This document shows positions 45,920 through 58,263 of a stretch of 64,000 nt of DNA, one piece after another. This DNA comes from an uncultured Planctomycetales bacterium (GTDB lineage: Bacteria; Omnitrophota; Gorgyraeia; Gygaellales; Profunditerraquicolaceae): contig CAYRUB010000008.1 of NCBI GenBank assembly GCA_964427405.1, positions 31,428 to 95,427 of the forward strand, read 5' to 3'. Position numbers and translations under genes: made by a program. Position 1 is the first letter of the stretch; each line of letters starts with the position of its first letter. The notes below the pieces were generated by a model. The model saw only the letters and a program-made list of their open reading frames with translations, made no database searches and was not told the origin of the DNA.

Positions 45920-48157
45920 CTAAACCTTCCCCAATGATGTCAATTCTGTAATAATATTCCCTGCCCAGCGATAAATATTGTTCTCCGAAATAACTTTGCG
46001 CATTTTTCCCATGCGTCTTGTTTTCTCGTCCTGGGGCATCTGGAGAGCTAATTTTATACTGTCGGCAAATTCCTCTATTGAATAGGGATTTACCTGAATA
46101 GCATCGGGAAGCTCTCTGACTGCGCCGGTAAATTGACTTAATATAAGAGCTCCGGAGAAGTCACTTTTTGTTGCTACGTATTCTTTAGCCACAAGGTTCA
46201 TGCCATCATGAAGCGAGCTTACAATGCAAAGATCAGCCATTTTATAAAAAGGCTCGATTTCATCTAAAGAAAAATGCCTCTTAAGGTAAATAATTGGCTT
46301 CCAGCTGGAATCGGAATACTTCCAGTTAGTTTTCTCGATTAATTCGTCAATTTCTGCCATAAGATCATGATAACGCTTTATATGTACACGGCTTGGAGCG
46401 GCAAGCTGAACAAAAACAAATTTTTTCTTATATTCTGGATATTTTTCTAAAAATCTGTCTATAGCTTGCACTCTTTCAACAATGCCCTTTGTATAATCGA
46501 TCCTGTCAACTCCCAAACCTATGATTTTACCTTCCAGGTCAAACTCTTTTTTAATTTTATCTATCTCTAGTTTTATATCCGCGTCTTTCTCAGCTTTATT
46601 TAAATTCACGCTAACACTAATCGGAAACGCCCGCACAAAAGTTTCTTTTTCAGAACGAACAATGCTGAATTTTTCTATATCAACCCTTGATTCAAGAAGC
46701 CTGTTGACTGTATCTAAGAAATTATTACAATGATTCTGAACATGAAAACCTATTAAATCACATCCAAGCATTCCTTCCAGAATCTCTTTACGGTAAGGAC
46801 AAATGGAAAATGCATCTGGAGTAGGCCAGGGAATATGCCAAAAAAGTGCAATTACCGCATCCGGACGTTTTTCCTTAATCATCTTCCCGAGCAAAGTGAA
46901 ATGGTAATCTTGAATAAATACAAAAGGATGTTTAGCGGGAAGTTCCTCCAAAACAGAATCCGCAAACTTCTGATTTACTTTTTTGTAAGCTTGCCAATCT
47001 GACTCACGAAAAACCGGCCTCGTATGCGTATTGTGACACAGCGGCCATAACCCCTCATTGGAAAAACCATAATAGTAGCCATCTTCCTCTTCTTTATTCA
47101 ACCAAACCCTCTTAAGAATATACCGTATATCTTTAGGCGGAACACCTAATTTGTCCTTTGAATTTACGAACTTCTTATCCGCATTACCGCCACCATGAGC
47201 AATCCATGTACCGCCGCAAGCGCATAGAACCGGATGAATCGCAGTAACCACGCCGCTTGCAGGCCTGATGTATTTTTCTAAACCAGTTGCTTCATCAACA
47301 ACATGCATATAGGGCTCACGGTTAGATACTACAAATAAAGCTTTTTCTCCTAATTTCGCTCGAATAAGATCTTTTAATTTTGATTCTGTCCATGTCTCTT
47401 CTTTTTCTAGGCGGGCAGACGCTTCATCAGAAATTGTCCTACGGGCAACGCGCAAACTCAATGCCGCCTGCTCAACTTCACTGGCAAGCTTACCCAGATC
47501 CCCTTTTTCTCTAATAGGGTGCGCTTCGTCAGTTTCGCCTCTCTGGAAGAACTTAAACCAATCTGTTAAACGTTGTATTGGCAGAGCAAAAATCTGCCTG
47601 TGCAGAAGAATAGATAAAACAAAAATAACCACAACTAAAATTATTAACGTTGAACTGATACGTCTCCAAATCTCAGTTAACCTTGCGAAGACATAGGAAG
47701 TATCATGTATAACCTCAACCATTCCCAAAAGCTGCCCTTCATCATCAACTATGGGTAGAACATAGCTATAGACTTGATAGTCTTTGAATTTCTCTAATTC
47801 TCCCCGCGGAATTTTATTCGCTATAACATCCTTAATATAAGGCTTGCCTTTTTCTTTCCAATCGGCGAATCTTTTAGTAAGCGCGATGATGTTTCCATCT
47901 TTATCGTAAATAACGCAACCCTGTAATCTTTCGCGAGTCTCAAATTTCTCCGCAAGATAATTTGCATTTTTTAAATCATTGGCTAAAAGCACATGCTTCA
48001 CCGATAACTCCATGCTTTCGGCAACGATCCTGGCTTTTCGCTTTAAGTCGTCAGTAAGCTTCTCTTCTTCTAAACGCGTCTGAAAGAAACCAAAGAGCGT
48101 AAAGGCCACGGAAACAATAATTAAAATGGGTAAAATAAATAAAAGAACTCTTCTCAT
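45920..48157 (-). CDS. otsA: Trehalose-6-phosphate synthase (GT20) fused to an N-terminal membrane sensor module (TM - ~140-aa extracytoplasmic domain - TM - HAMP-like linker)
   Basis: 745 aa. TM1 LLFILPILIIVSVAFTLFGFF, TM2 LIILVVVIFVLSILL, amphipathic linker LPIQRLTDWF…LASEVEQAALSL. From ~res 260, the GT20 core FVVSNREPY…, WIAHGGG, …NEGLWPL… and …LFWHIPWPT…. Confidence 0.8.
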   Translation of the reverse strand: MRRVLLFILPILIIVSVAFTLFGFFQTRLEEEKLTDDLKRKARIVAESMELSVKHVLLANDLKNANYLAEKFETRERLQGCVIYDKDGNIIALTKRFADWKEKGKPYIKDVIANKIPRGELEKFKDYQVYSYVLPIVDDEGQLLGMVEVIHDTSYVFARLTEIWRRISSTLIILVVVIFVLSILLHRQIFALPIQRLTDWFKFFQRGETDEAHPIREKGDLGKLASEVEQAALSLRVARRTISDEASARLEKEETWTESKLKDLIRAKLGEKALFVVSNREPYMHVVDEATGLEKYIRPASGVVTAIHPVLCACGGTWIAHGGGNADKKFVNSKDKLGVPPKDIRYILKRVWLNKEEEDGYYYGFSNEGLWPLCHNTHTRPVFRESDWQAYKKVNQKFADSVLEELPAKHPFVFIQDYHFTLLGKMIKEKRPDAVIALFWHIPWPTPDAFSICPYRKEILEGMLGCDLIGFHVQNHCNNFLDTVNRLLESRVDIEKFSIVRSEKETFVRAFPISVSVNLNKAEKDADIKLEIDKIKKEFDLEGKIIGLGVDRIDYTKGIVERVQAIDRFLEKYPEYKKKFVFVQLAAPSRVHIKRYHDLMAEIDELIEKTNWKYSDSSWKPIIYLKRHFSLDEIEPFYKMADLCIVSSLHDGMNLVAKEYVATKSDFSGALILSQFTGAVRELPDAIQVNPYSIEEFADSIKLALQMPQDEKTRRMGKMRKVISENNIYRWAGNIITELTSLGKV

Positions 48158-48170
48158 TTTTCACCTCAAC

Positions 48171-48236
48171 AAAACAAAAATCGCCACCCTGCATTCCCAT
48201 GCAAGATGGCGGCCCGACCATCTAACGATCCTCTGG
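48171..48236 (-). terminator. Conserved double-hairpin plus U-rich motif (copy 2) between atpC and otsA
   Basis: Same AGATGG-tcgggccg-CCATCT and TGCAT-ggga-ATGCA hairpins, then GGGTGGCGATTTTTGTTTTGTT, about 15 nt before the otsA ATG. Confidence 0.4.
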
Positions 48237-48342
48237 GAATATTTACTTATTCCCAAACCACTTATACTAAATTATATAATGCAATATACCACGATTAGAT
48301 AGAAATTCAACAAATTAATAGAGTAATATTTTATATTTATAC

Positions 48343-48594
48343 TTATAAAAGGAGGGTTGCCTGATTTCTAAGAACTTCGATAAACCCGCCCGGGCAAGAG
48401 TCTATTATGCTGGTTTTACCTGACGGGGTGCGTAAGGTAATCTTACCACAAGTAAGCCTGGCCACCAAAGGAGCATGTTCGGCCAAAACACCCAGATAGC
48501 CTGATTCTGATGGCGCAATCAGGGAAACTGCCTCTCCCTCATATATCGTTTTATTGCTAGAATAGATTCCTACTTTAAAAACTTTAGCAGCCAT
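48343..48594 (-). CDS. atpC: F1 ATP synthase epsilon subunit (short form, beta-sandwich only)
   Basis: 83 aa, epsilon N-domain-like, last gene of the atp operon. Confidence 0.75.
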   Translation of the reverse strand: MAAKVFKVGIYSSNKTIYEGEAVSLIAPSESGYLGVLAEHAPLVARLTCGKITLRTPSGKTSIIDSCPGGFIEVLRNQATLLL

Positions 48595-48599
48595 TTTCC

Positions 48600-50859
<2,260 letters not shown>

Positions 50860-50863
50860 ATTA

Positions 50864-52387
50864 TTAGGATTGGCTCAGGAACTCTTTCTTAGAATCAGCG
50901 ATCAATTTGTCCAGTTTACCCCTTAAATCTGAATCTAAATCATTCTTTAACTCTATCTCCTGCGTAATCCCGGGATAATTTTTCTCGATGAATTTATAAA
51001 GATATGCCTCGAATTTCTTAACCGCGCCAACCGGCAAATCATCAAGGCAACCATTGGTGCCGGCGTAAATAATGATTATCTGCCTGGCTGTTTCAAGCGG
51101 CTCATACTGCACCTGCTTTAGAATTTCAACCATCCTCTCACCGCGGGTAAGCTGCGCACGTGTCGTCTTATCCAGGTCTGTACCGAATTGCGTAAAAGTT
51201 ACCAGCTCGCGGTATTGCGCAAGATCCAGCCTTAGTTTTGAAGCAACCTGGCGCATAGCTTTGCTTTGCGCCTTACCTCCTACGCGGGAAACTGATAAAC
51301 CTACATTTACCGCAGGCCGCACCCCGGCATAAAATAAATCGCTTTCCAAATAGATCTGGCCATCGGTAATAGAGATTACATTAGTAGGAATGTAGCTTGA
51401 TATATCCCCAGCTTGAGTTTCAACAATGGGAATAGCGGTTATGGAACCTGCGCCTAATTCATCATTTAATTTAGCGGAACGCTCCAGAAGCCTTGAATGC
51501 AAATAAAAAATATCTCCCGGGTATGCCTCTCTTCCCGGAGGACGCCTTAAAAGTAAAGATAACTGCCGGTATGCCTGGGCATGCTTGGATAGATCATCGT
51601 AAATTACCAGGACATGCTTTCCTGAATACATAAACTCTTCCGCCATGGCTGTCGCCGCGTAAGGCGCAAGATATTGCAAGCTTGCCGAAGCGCGAGAAGA
51701 AGCGCTGACAATTGTGGTATACTCCATTGCCCCGTGCTTTTTGAGCACCTCGTTTACCGCTACTACGCTGGATAATTTTTGCCCGATTGCGCAATAAATG
51801 CAGTAAACATCTTTTCCTTTTTGATTAATGATTGTATCTATGGCAATGGCGGTTTTACCGGTCTGACGGTCCCCGATAATCAATTCACGCTGTCCGCGGC
51901 CAATAGGAGTCATGGCATCTATGGCTTTTACCCCGGTCTGCAATGGTTGGTTTACCGGCTGCCTCTCTACTACATTAGGAGCACTGGATTCTATCGGCCT
52001 GGACTTTTGCGTATTCACCTTACCCTTGCCGTCGATTGGCCGGCCCAAACCATTAACTACCCTGCCAACAAGCGCCTCTCCTACCGGAACCTGCACAATC
52101 TTACCGGTACGCTTAACAATATCCCCCTCCCTGATACTCTGATCGGGATTATCCGTACCAAAGATTACCACCCCTGCGCTGTCCTCTTCCAGATTCAAAA
52201 CCATACCCATGATATTATCTGAAAACTGTACCAACTCACCCATCATCACGTCATCTAATCCGTAAATACGCGCAATGGTATCCCCAACCTGGATAACCGT
52301 TCCTATAGACTCGGTGCGCAACCGGGTTTTATATTTTTCCAGTTCTTTCTTAATTATGGAAGTAACTTCTTCCGGTTTTAAAACCAT
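50864..52387 (-). CDS. atpA: F1 ATP synthase alpha subunit
   Basis: GDRQTGKT Walker A, 507 aa. Confidence 0.95.
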   Translation of the reverse strand: MVLKPEEVTSIIKKELEKYKTRLRTESIGTVIQVGDTIARIYGLDDVMMGELVQFSDNIMGMVLNLEEDSAGVVIFGTDNPDQSIREGDIVKRTGKIVQVPVGEALVGRVVNGLGRPIDGKGKVNTQKSRPIESSAPNVVERQPVNQPLQTGVKAIDAMTPIGRGQRELIIGDRQTGKTAIAIDTIINQKGKDVYCIYCAIGQKLSSVVAVNEVLKKHGAMEYTTIVSASSRASASLQYLAPYAATAMAEEFMYSGKHVLVIYDDLSKHAQAYRQLSLLLRRPPGREAYPGDIFYLHSRLLERSAKLNDELGAGSITAIPIVETQAGDISSYIPTNVISITDGQIYLESDLFYAGVRPAVNVGLSVSRVGGKAQSKAMRQVASKLRLDLAQYRELVTFTQFGTDLDKTTRAQLTRGERMVEILKQVQYEPLETARQIIIIYAGTNGCLDDLPVGAVKKFEAYLYKFIEKNYPGITQEIELKNDLDSDLRGKLDKLIADSKKEFLSQS

Positions 52388-52403
52388 TTTACCCCTTCCT
52401 TAG

Positions 52404-52952
52404 CTATTCCATGCTTACCATAGTAAGCTTTTCTTTCAAATCGTTAAGCCGTTTTATTACCGAACCGTCAATAATAGTATTGCCGATAACTACCTGCACT
52501 CCTCCCAGGAGGCTGCCATCTAAATCAATATAAAATTTTAAGTCCTGCTTAAGCCTCTTTTTTAAAACAACCTCTATCTTTTTTATCAAATCCAGCTCCA
52601 GCGGAAAGGCAGTCCTGAGCAATACATCCACCTGGCCAAGGTGGGCGTATTTTGCGCGCAGGTATTCCGCCGCATCCAGAAAAATATCAAAACGTTTCTT
52701 TTCAATAAGAAGTTTCAAGAAATTACGTATTTCATCCGAAAGGCCGTCCCTGATTGCCTCATCGATAATTACGCATTTTTCAGTATATGAAATCTCCGGA
52801 TTATGCATCAATTCGCCAAACCCGGGATTATCGCGAATAATATTCTTTACAACTACCAGATCCCCTAAAGCCTTCTCCAGCCCGCAATTTTCCCGCGCTA
52901 AACTTATAAAGGCTTCGGCATACCTGCTCACAATTACCTTGTTCTTTATCAT
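52404..52952 (-). CDS. atpH: F1 ATP synthase delta subunit (OSCP)
   Basis: 182 aa, positioned between atpF and atpA. Confidence 0.8.
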   Translation of the reverse strand: MIKNKVIVSRYAEAFISLARENCGLEKALGDLVVVKNIIRDNPGFGELMHNPEISYTEKCVIIDEAIRDGLSDEIRNFLKLLIEKKRFDIFLDAAEYLRAKYAHLGQVDVLLRTAFPLELDLIKKIEVVLKKRLKQDLKFYIDLDGSLLGGVQVVIGNTIIDGSVIKRLNDLKEKLTMVSME

Positions 52953-53446
52953 TCCGCGCTTTCCATCTCCTTAATAAAACTTTCCACTATCCTGCGGTCT
53001 CCATCCTCAGTAAGCTTCTCCTGGATCACGCTACTGGCAGCGCCCAAGGCGATATCCACAATCCTTTCCTTAAGCTGCTCCTGAACCTTAGAAACCTCAT
53101 ATTTTACCTGCTTGCGCGCATCAATAATAATATCCTGCGCGTCTTCATGGGCTTGTTTACGCATCTGGGCGTTTATCTTCCTGCCCTCTTCAATGGCCTC
53201 TTTGATTTTTACTTCGGCCTGCTCCTGGATAGCCGCCATCTTAAATTCATAATCCGTTTTCAACCTGCCAATTTCAAGTTTAGCACTTTCAATCCTCTCA
53301 AATTCAGAGCGGATTTTTTCTTTACGCTGATCCAAAAGTCCAAGGATCTTCTTCCAAGCAAATAGCCTTAGCAAAAATAAAAGCAGAAAGAAACTTAAAA
53401 CCTGCGCGAATATTTCGCTTGCGCTAAGCATTTTTAAAAGTTCCAC
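52949..53446 (-). CDS. atpF: Fo ATP synthase subunit b
   Basis: 165 aa. N-terminal TM, then a long charged helix. Confidence 0.8.
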   Translation of the reverse strand: MELLKMLSASEIFAQVLSFFLLLFLLRLFAWKKILGLLDQRKEKIRSEFERIESAKLEIGRLKTDYEFKMAAIQEQAEVKIKEAIEEGRKINAQMRKQAHEDAQDIIIDARKQVKYEVSKVQEQLKERIVDIALGAASSVIQEKLTEDGDRRIVESFIKEMESAE

Positions 53447-53467
53447 GCTATTTTTCTCCTCTTAGGC

Positions 53468-53695
53468 TTATTTGCCGGCGTACATAAAAGCAAATACCAA
53501 AACGTAAATAGTAATGGCTTCAATAAAAGCACAGCCGATAATCATACTGGTCATTATTTTATTAGATGCCTCCGGCTGCCTGCCGATTGCACCCATAGCC
53601 GAAGCTACCGCAACACCTAAAGCAATTGCCGAACCAAATGCCGCCGTGGCTAAAGCTATTGCTACACCTAAATCCAATACTACTTTTGCGTCCAT
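53468..53695 (-). CDS. atpE: Fo ATP synthase subunit c
   Basis: 75 aa, two-TM hairpin with GRQPE loop and conserved carboxylate (IEAITIY). Confidence 0.9.
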   Translation of the reverse strand: MDAKVVLDLGVAIALATAAFGSAIALGVAVASAMGAIGRQPEASNKIMTSMIIGCAFIEAITIYVLVFAFMYAGK

Positions 53696-53722
53696 ATTAT
53701 CCTCCTAGCCCACAAGGGGGGC

Positions 53723-53756
53723 ACACCCGCGCAAATCCTTATAAGCGCGGGGTGTT
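53723..53756 (-). promoter_or_regulatory. Stop-codon-anchored hairpin (UAACACCCCGCGC-loop-GCGCGGGUGU) between atpB and the atpE RBS
   Basis: acacccgcgc-(12 nt)-gcgcggggtgtt. Its 5' arm on the transcript includes the atpB TAA. AGGAGGA RBS follows. Paralog of 23869-23947. Confidence 0.5.
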
Positions 53757-54513
53757 ACTCTATAACTTCTTCTTCGTGATTTAAAACAAGCGCCAGATAA
53801 ATCGTGGTTAACAGACAAAAGACCGAAGCCTGTACAACCGACGCCAAGACCCCCATCAACATATTGAAAAATAACAACGGTAAACCTTTAATCCCAAAAC
53901 CGGCAAGCAGGGCAATTAGAACTTCATCCCCCCACATATTACCACGTAAACGTAAGGATAAACTGATTGGCCGGATTAATTCAGTAAGAATATGCAGGAT
54001 TAACATAAACAGAGGCATAATAATCGTAAAGGCTAAAGCCCCTCTCTGCTGACCTGCCAAGTGGTCTAAATAACCCAGGAAACCCAATTCCTTGATAGCC
54101 GTATACTGTACGTAAAAGAATACGCAGAGCGCCAAAGCTAAAGTTGTCGACCAGCTAGCGGTAGAGGACTTCATAAACGGGATCAAACCTGAGAGGTTCA
54201 TACAAAGGATATAAATAAACAGTGTCCCGATAAAAGGCGTGTATTTGGTTCCCTTTGGCCCCATAATTCCACAGACAAAATCATTCAATCCCTCAACAAT
54301 AATTTCAACCGCTGCCTGCAGCCGGTTGCCGGGGATCAAACCCTTTCTTCTGCAGGCAAGAAAGGCCAAAATACCCAAAACTAAAACAATAAACAGGGAA
54401 AAACTGATATTCTCCCAAAGGTAAATGAATTTAAGAAAAACATTTCCGGGAAATTTTTCTGCTAAGATTGAAAAAATGTTCGGCAACTCAGGTATTGCGG
54501 TATTTTCGCTCAT
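53755..54513 (-). CDS. atpB: Fo ATP synthase subunit a
   Basis: 252 aa, multi-TM, with LSLRLRGNMWGDE-type conserved Arg region. Confidence 0.85.
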   Translation of the reverse strand: MSENTAIPELPNIFSILAEKFPGNVFLKFIYLWENISFSLFIVLVLGILAFLACRRKGLIPGNRLQAAVEIIVEGLNDFVCGIMGPKGTKYTPFIGTLFIYILCMNLSGLIPFMKSSTASWSTTLALALCVFFYVQYTAIKELGFLGYLDHLAGQQRGALAFTIIMPLFMLILHILTELIRPISLSLRLRGNMWGDEVLIALLAGFGIKGLPLLFFNMLMGVLASVVQASVFCLLTTIYLALVLNHEEEVIE

Positions 54514-54776
54514 TTTTTATTCACCCTGCTAATAGCTTTTAGGATCTTGACTATTTCCATAATTGCAGCCAGAAAACCAAAAACAATGCCGGACAGCACT
54601 ACCCAATGCGACAAATTAAACTTCTTTTGCAGAAAATCACCTACAAAATAACCTGAAAGCGGCCCGGCAGCCAGCATAAAAGGGATAAAAGAAACAAAAC
54701 CTACGGTTTTTATCCCCTTATATAAATCTTCTTTCTGCATAAAGTGCCTATAAAAAAATTGACGCCTTCTATCCAA
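54510..54776 (-). CDS. atpI: AtpZ/AtpI-like small membrane protein
   Basis: 88 aa, two TM segments, overlaps the atpB start. Confidence 0.6.
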   Translation of the reverse strand: MDRRRQFFYRHFMQKEDLYKGIKTVGFVSFIPFMLAAGPLSGYFVGDFLQKKFNLSHWVVLSGIVFGFLAAIMEIVKILKAISRVNKK

Positions 54777-54834
54777 TATCGGATTTAAGACGTCTGTTAA
54801 CTTAATAACTGCTCTACTCTTTTGTAAGCAAATA

Positions 54835-54864
54835 TTACTGTACCATAAATTCTAAGCTTGTCAA
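54835..54864 (-). promoter_or_regulatory. Possible atp operon promoter (perfect TTGACA -35; weak -10)
   Basis: TTGACA at 54864..54859 on the minus strand, about 85 nt upstream of atpI. Downstream candidates for -10 are TACAGT/TAATAT. Confidence 0.3.
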
Positions 54865-54888
54865 TTATAATTAGAATCTAATTAAGGC

Positions 54889-55293
54889 TTATTCCGTTTT
54901 AGTGGCGATATTTAAATTCTTTATGCCCAGTTCATTCAGAATATCCAGCAGGCCGACAATATCTTTAAACCTAACCATTTTATCTGAGAACAAAATAACT
55001 TCAAGCCCCGGATCATCCTGATGGAGTTTAGCGACCTCAGCTTTAAGTGCTTTTCTCGAGATAAGCTTATTATCAAGATACACCATGCCTTCATTAGTTG
55101 CCATGATACTAATTTGCCTGGCATCATTCATTGGCTTGCCGGTTGTAGAGCCCGGAAGATTAACCCGGATATTCGACTGAAGGATTAAAGGGGTAGTAAC
55201 CATAAAAATGATTAAGAGCACCAAAATAACATCAGTAAAAGGAGTAATGTTTATCTCAGCAATTGGCTTTTGTTTTCTGCTAAAAGTCATCAT
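54889..55293 (-). CDS. ExbD/TolR-family biopolymer transport protein
   Basis: 134 aa. INITPFTDVILVLLIIFMV N-terminal TM plus periplasmic domain. Confidence 0.75.
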   Translation of the reverse strand: MMTFSRKQKPIAEINITPFTDVILVLLIIFMVTTPLILQSNIRVNLPGSTTGKPMNDARQISIMATNEGMVYLDNKLISRKALKAEVAKLHQDDPGLEVILFSDKMVRFKDIVGLLDILNELGIKNLNIATKTE

Positions 55294-55907
55294 TTCTTTA
55301 TCGCGCTGATCAAATCCATGGTCTCGGAGGCAGCCAGCTCCATATCTTTAATAAAATCATCTATCTTCTTCATAAAATAATTATAGGCAACTACCGCCGG
55401 CACAGCAACACAAAGCCCTGCGGCAGTACATGCCAAGGCCTCGGATATGCCGCTAATAACCACACTTATCCCTCCGGAACCGCTTACCGATATATCATGA
55501 AAAGCCCGGATTATCCCTAAAACCGTACCAAAAAGGCCTATGTAAACCGAAACACTTCCAATAGTTCCGATTATCGAAGTAAAACGTTCAAGAACCACAG
55601 TCTCAATAATAACCTGACGTTCCATATTGTTAGATATCTCTTTTTCACTACAGTCAAAAAAGCTTAAACCCGCATAAACTACCTGGGCAAAAGGGGCATT
55701 ACTGTCTTTACATATTCTCATTGCCGGGTTTACCCCGCCCTTCTTAAGTTCATGGCGGACTCTCGACATAAGGTCTTTACGCTTCAACCTTGACTTACTG
55801 TAATAAAAAATAACTCTTTCCAGGATAATCGCAACAGATACTACTGATACGGCTAAAAGCGCAATCATGGTAACGCCGCCGGCCTTAACAAGCTGCAAAA
55901 TATTCAT
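55290..55907 (-). CDS. MotA/TolQ/ExbB-family proton channel
   Basis: 205 aa, 3 TM. GTIGSVSVYIGLFGTVLGIIRAF conserved region. Confidence 0.75.
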   Translation of the reverse strand: MNILQLVKAGGVTMIALLAVSVVSVAIILERVIFYYSKSRLKRKDLMSRVRHELKKGGVNPAMRICKDSNAPFAQVVYAGLSFFDCSEKEISNNMERQVIIETVVLERFTSIIGTIGSVSVYIGLFGTVLGIIRAFHDISVSGSGGISVVISGISEALACTAAGLCVAVPAVVAYNYFMKKIDDFIKDMELAASETMDLISAIKK

Positions 55908-55958
55908 AATTCCTCCAGATTCTTAAAAAGTTTTCCCTCTTACCCGTTTAAAATAATT

Positions 55959-56028
55959 TAGCGGGTGGCTTGGACTGGATTCGAGCCGCGGTGTGCGGCG
56001 AGAAACAGTCCAAGACAGGACCCGCTAA
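55959..56028 (-). repeat. AGCGGGT…ACCCGCT long-stem element copy 2; plausible glnN terminator
   Basis: Minus strand: tttagcgggtcctgtcttggactg…cagtccaagccacccgctaaa long imperfect stem, then TTATTTT. Begins 3 nt after the glnN TAG. Confidence 0.5.
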
Positions 56029-56031
56029 ATA

Positions 56032-58227
56032 CTATTTTATAAACAGCATCTCACGATACTTAGGCAGATCCCAGGTATCATCAGGAACTACACATTCAAG
56101 CTGATCCGCATGCTTACGGATATGCTCCATCAAAGGCTTAAGTTCCTTAAAATAAACCTTTGCGCGTTTTTCATCGCTTAATTTCTTAGCCTTCTCAAGC
56201 AGTTTCACCATTTCAACAACATTCTTACGCACATAGTAAATCTTTAAAATCACTTCGTTTAAATGATTTTTCTTATCTTTCAATGCCGCAACATCCGTTT
56301 TTAAACCTGCGGTCTTCTGTAATCTTGCTATTTTATCCAGAGTGGAAGCCAATAGTTTCTCATATTTATAACCTGCCGGAACTACTGAGGCATTTACCAT
56401 TTCATTTAAGGTATTCGCTTCAATTTCCAGGGTAAGATTATACATGTGTACCCAAATATGGTAGCGCGCGATCAATTCTTCTTTAGAGAAAACCCTGTAT
56501 TCTTCAAAGAGGGCGATATTCTCTTTCCTAGTCAGAGCTTCCAGTGCTTCATAAGTTGCGGCAATATTCGCCAGGCCCCGCTTCTTTGCTTCCCTGACCC
56601 AATCTTGCGCGTAATTATTTCCTTCAAAACGGATATGTTTGGTTTCTTTAACAATCTTAGAGATAACCTGCAATACACTGGCATTAAAATCTTTACCGGT
56701 TGAACTGGCGCGTTTAATCTGGCCAGCCACATAATCTAAACTTTCGGCGATGATAGTATTGATTACCGCAATCGGTGTTGAGATATTCTGCGAAGAACCG
56801 ACAGCGCGAAATTCAAACTTAACTCCGGTAAAAGCAAAAGGTGAAGTGCGGTTCCTGTCGGTTGAATCTTTGTTGAATTTAGGCAGGCGGCCTATTCCTA
56901 AATCCATAATATCAGATTTAGAAACTTTTGACTTGACCCCTTTTTCAATCATATTCAGGATATTAGTTAGCTGCTCGCCCAGAAACACACTGATAATCGC
57001 AGGCGGGGCTTCATTGGCGCCTAAACGATGTTCGTTGCCTGCTAAGGCAACTGAAGCACGCAAGAGATCCGCATGCAGATAAACCGCTCTTAAAACTACC
57101 GCCAAAACTGCCAGGAATTGCAAGTTATCTTCCGGGGTCTGGCCAGGGTTGAGCAAATTATTACCTTTATTATCTGACAGCGACCAATTCAGATGTTTAC
57201 CGCTACCATTTATTCCGGCAAAAGGTTTTTCATGCAAAAGGCATACTAGATTATGGCGTAAAGCTACCTTTTTCATTAACTCCATAAGCAGTTGGTTGTG
57301 GTCTGCTGCAATATTTGATTCCTCAAACACCGGGGCAAATTCATATTGATGCGGAGCAACCTCATTATGACGGGTCATAACCGGCACTCCCAATTTATAA
57401 GCCTCTTCCGCTACTTCAAACATGAAATTGACTACCCGCTCTTTGATCGTACCAAAATACTGGTCTTCCAGCTGCTGCCCTTTAGAGCTAGGCGCACCAA
57501 TCAAAGTGCGGCCAGCCATAATTAAATCCTGGCGCAGATTATAATAGTTCTTATCGATTAGAAAATACTCCTGCTCCGGCCCACAGGTGGAGAATACTTT
57601 CTTTACATCTTTGCGGCCAAAAAGTTTAAGCAGGCCCACAGCAGCTTTATTCAATGCCTCCTCGGAACGCAAAAGAGGAAGTTTCTTATCCAGGGCCTCA
57701 CCATGGTAAGAAATAAATATACTGGGAATACATAATGTCTTGCCAAGTTTACTTTCAACGATAAAGGCCGGGCTTGAAGGATCCCAGGCAGTGTAACCAC
57801 GGGCCTCAAATGTAGCCCTGATACCACCAGAAGGAAAACTTGAGGCGTCAGGTTCACCCTGGATTAGCTTGTTGCCGGAGAACTTTTCAATTACTTTGCC
57901 TGGTCCGCTAATAGTGATAAAGCTATCATGCTTTTCAGCGGTAAGCCCGGTCATCGGCTGGAACCAATGCGTATAGTATGTGGCGCCTTTAGCAATCGCC
58001 CAATTCTTCATCGCATTGGCAATCTCATTTGCCTGCGCCAAGGTTATGGTTTTACCCTTAGACATCCAGAGTTTAAACGCCTCGAATGTATTCTTGGAAA
58101 TGTGCTTTTGCATAGTTTCCAGCTTAAAAGTATTCTCGCCAAAGTAAGTAGAGACTTTCTTCGGCGCAGTGATTTTATCTAATTCTATGCTTTTAATCTT
58201 AAATAAAACTTTTTGCCTTATACTCAT
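56032..58227 (-). CDS. glnN: Glutamine synthetase type III
   Basis: 731 aa. N-terminal GSIII-specific domain, catalytic HEKPFAGINGSGKHLNWSL and NRTSPFAFTG regions. Confidence 0.85.
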   Translation of the reverse strand: MSIRQKVLFKIKSIELDKITAPKKVSTYFGENTFKLETMQKHISKNTFEAFKLWMSKGKTITLAQANEIANAMKNWAIAKGATYYTHWFQPMTGLTAEKHDSFITISGPGKVIEKFSGNKLIQGEPDASSFPSGGIRATFEARGYTAWDPSSPAFIVESKLGKTLCIPSIFISYHGEALDKKLPLLRSEEALNKAAVGLLKLFGRKDVKKVFSTCGPEQEYFLIDKNYYNLRQDLIMAGRTLIGAPSSKGQQLEDQYFGTIKERVVNFMFEVAEEAYKLGVPVMTRHNEVAPHQYEFAPVFEESNIAADHNQLLMELMKKVALRHNLVCLLHEKPFAGINGSGKHLNWSLSDNKGNNLLNPGQTPEDNLQFLAVLAVVLRAVYLHADLLRASVALAGNEHRLGANEAPPAIISVFLGEQLTNILNMIEKGVKSKVSKSDIMDLGIGRLPKFNKDSTDRNRTSPFAFTGVKFEFRAVGSSQNISTPIAVINTIIAESLDYVAGQIKRASSTGKDFNASVLQVISKIVKETKHIRFEGNNYAQDWVREAKKRGLANIAATYEALEALTRKENIALFEEYRVFSKEELIARYHIWVHMYNLTLEIEANTLNEMVNASVVPAGYKYEKLLASTLDKIARLQKTAGLKTDVAALKDKKNHLNEVILKIYYVRKNVVEMVKLLEKAKKLSDEKRAKVYFKELKPLMEHIRKHADQLECVVPDDTWDLPKYREMLFIK

Positions 58228-58263
58228 CTCTTCCCCCTTTTACGTATTTTAAGGAATATCAAG

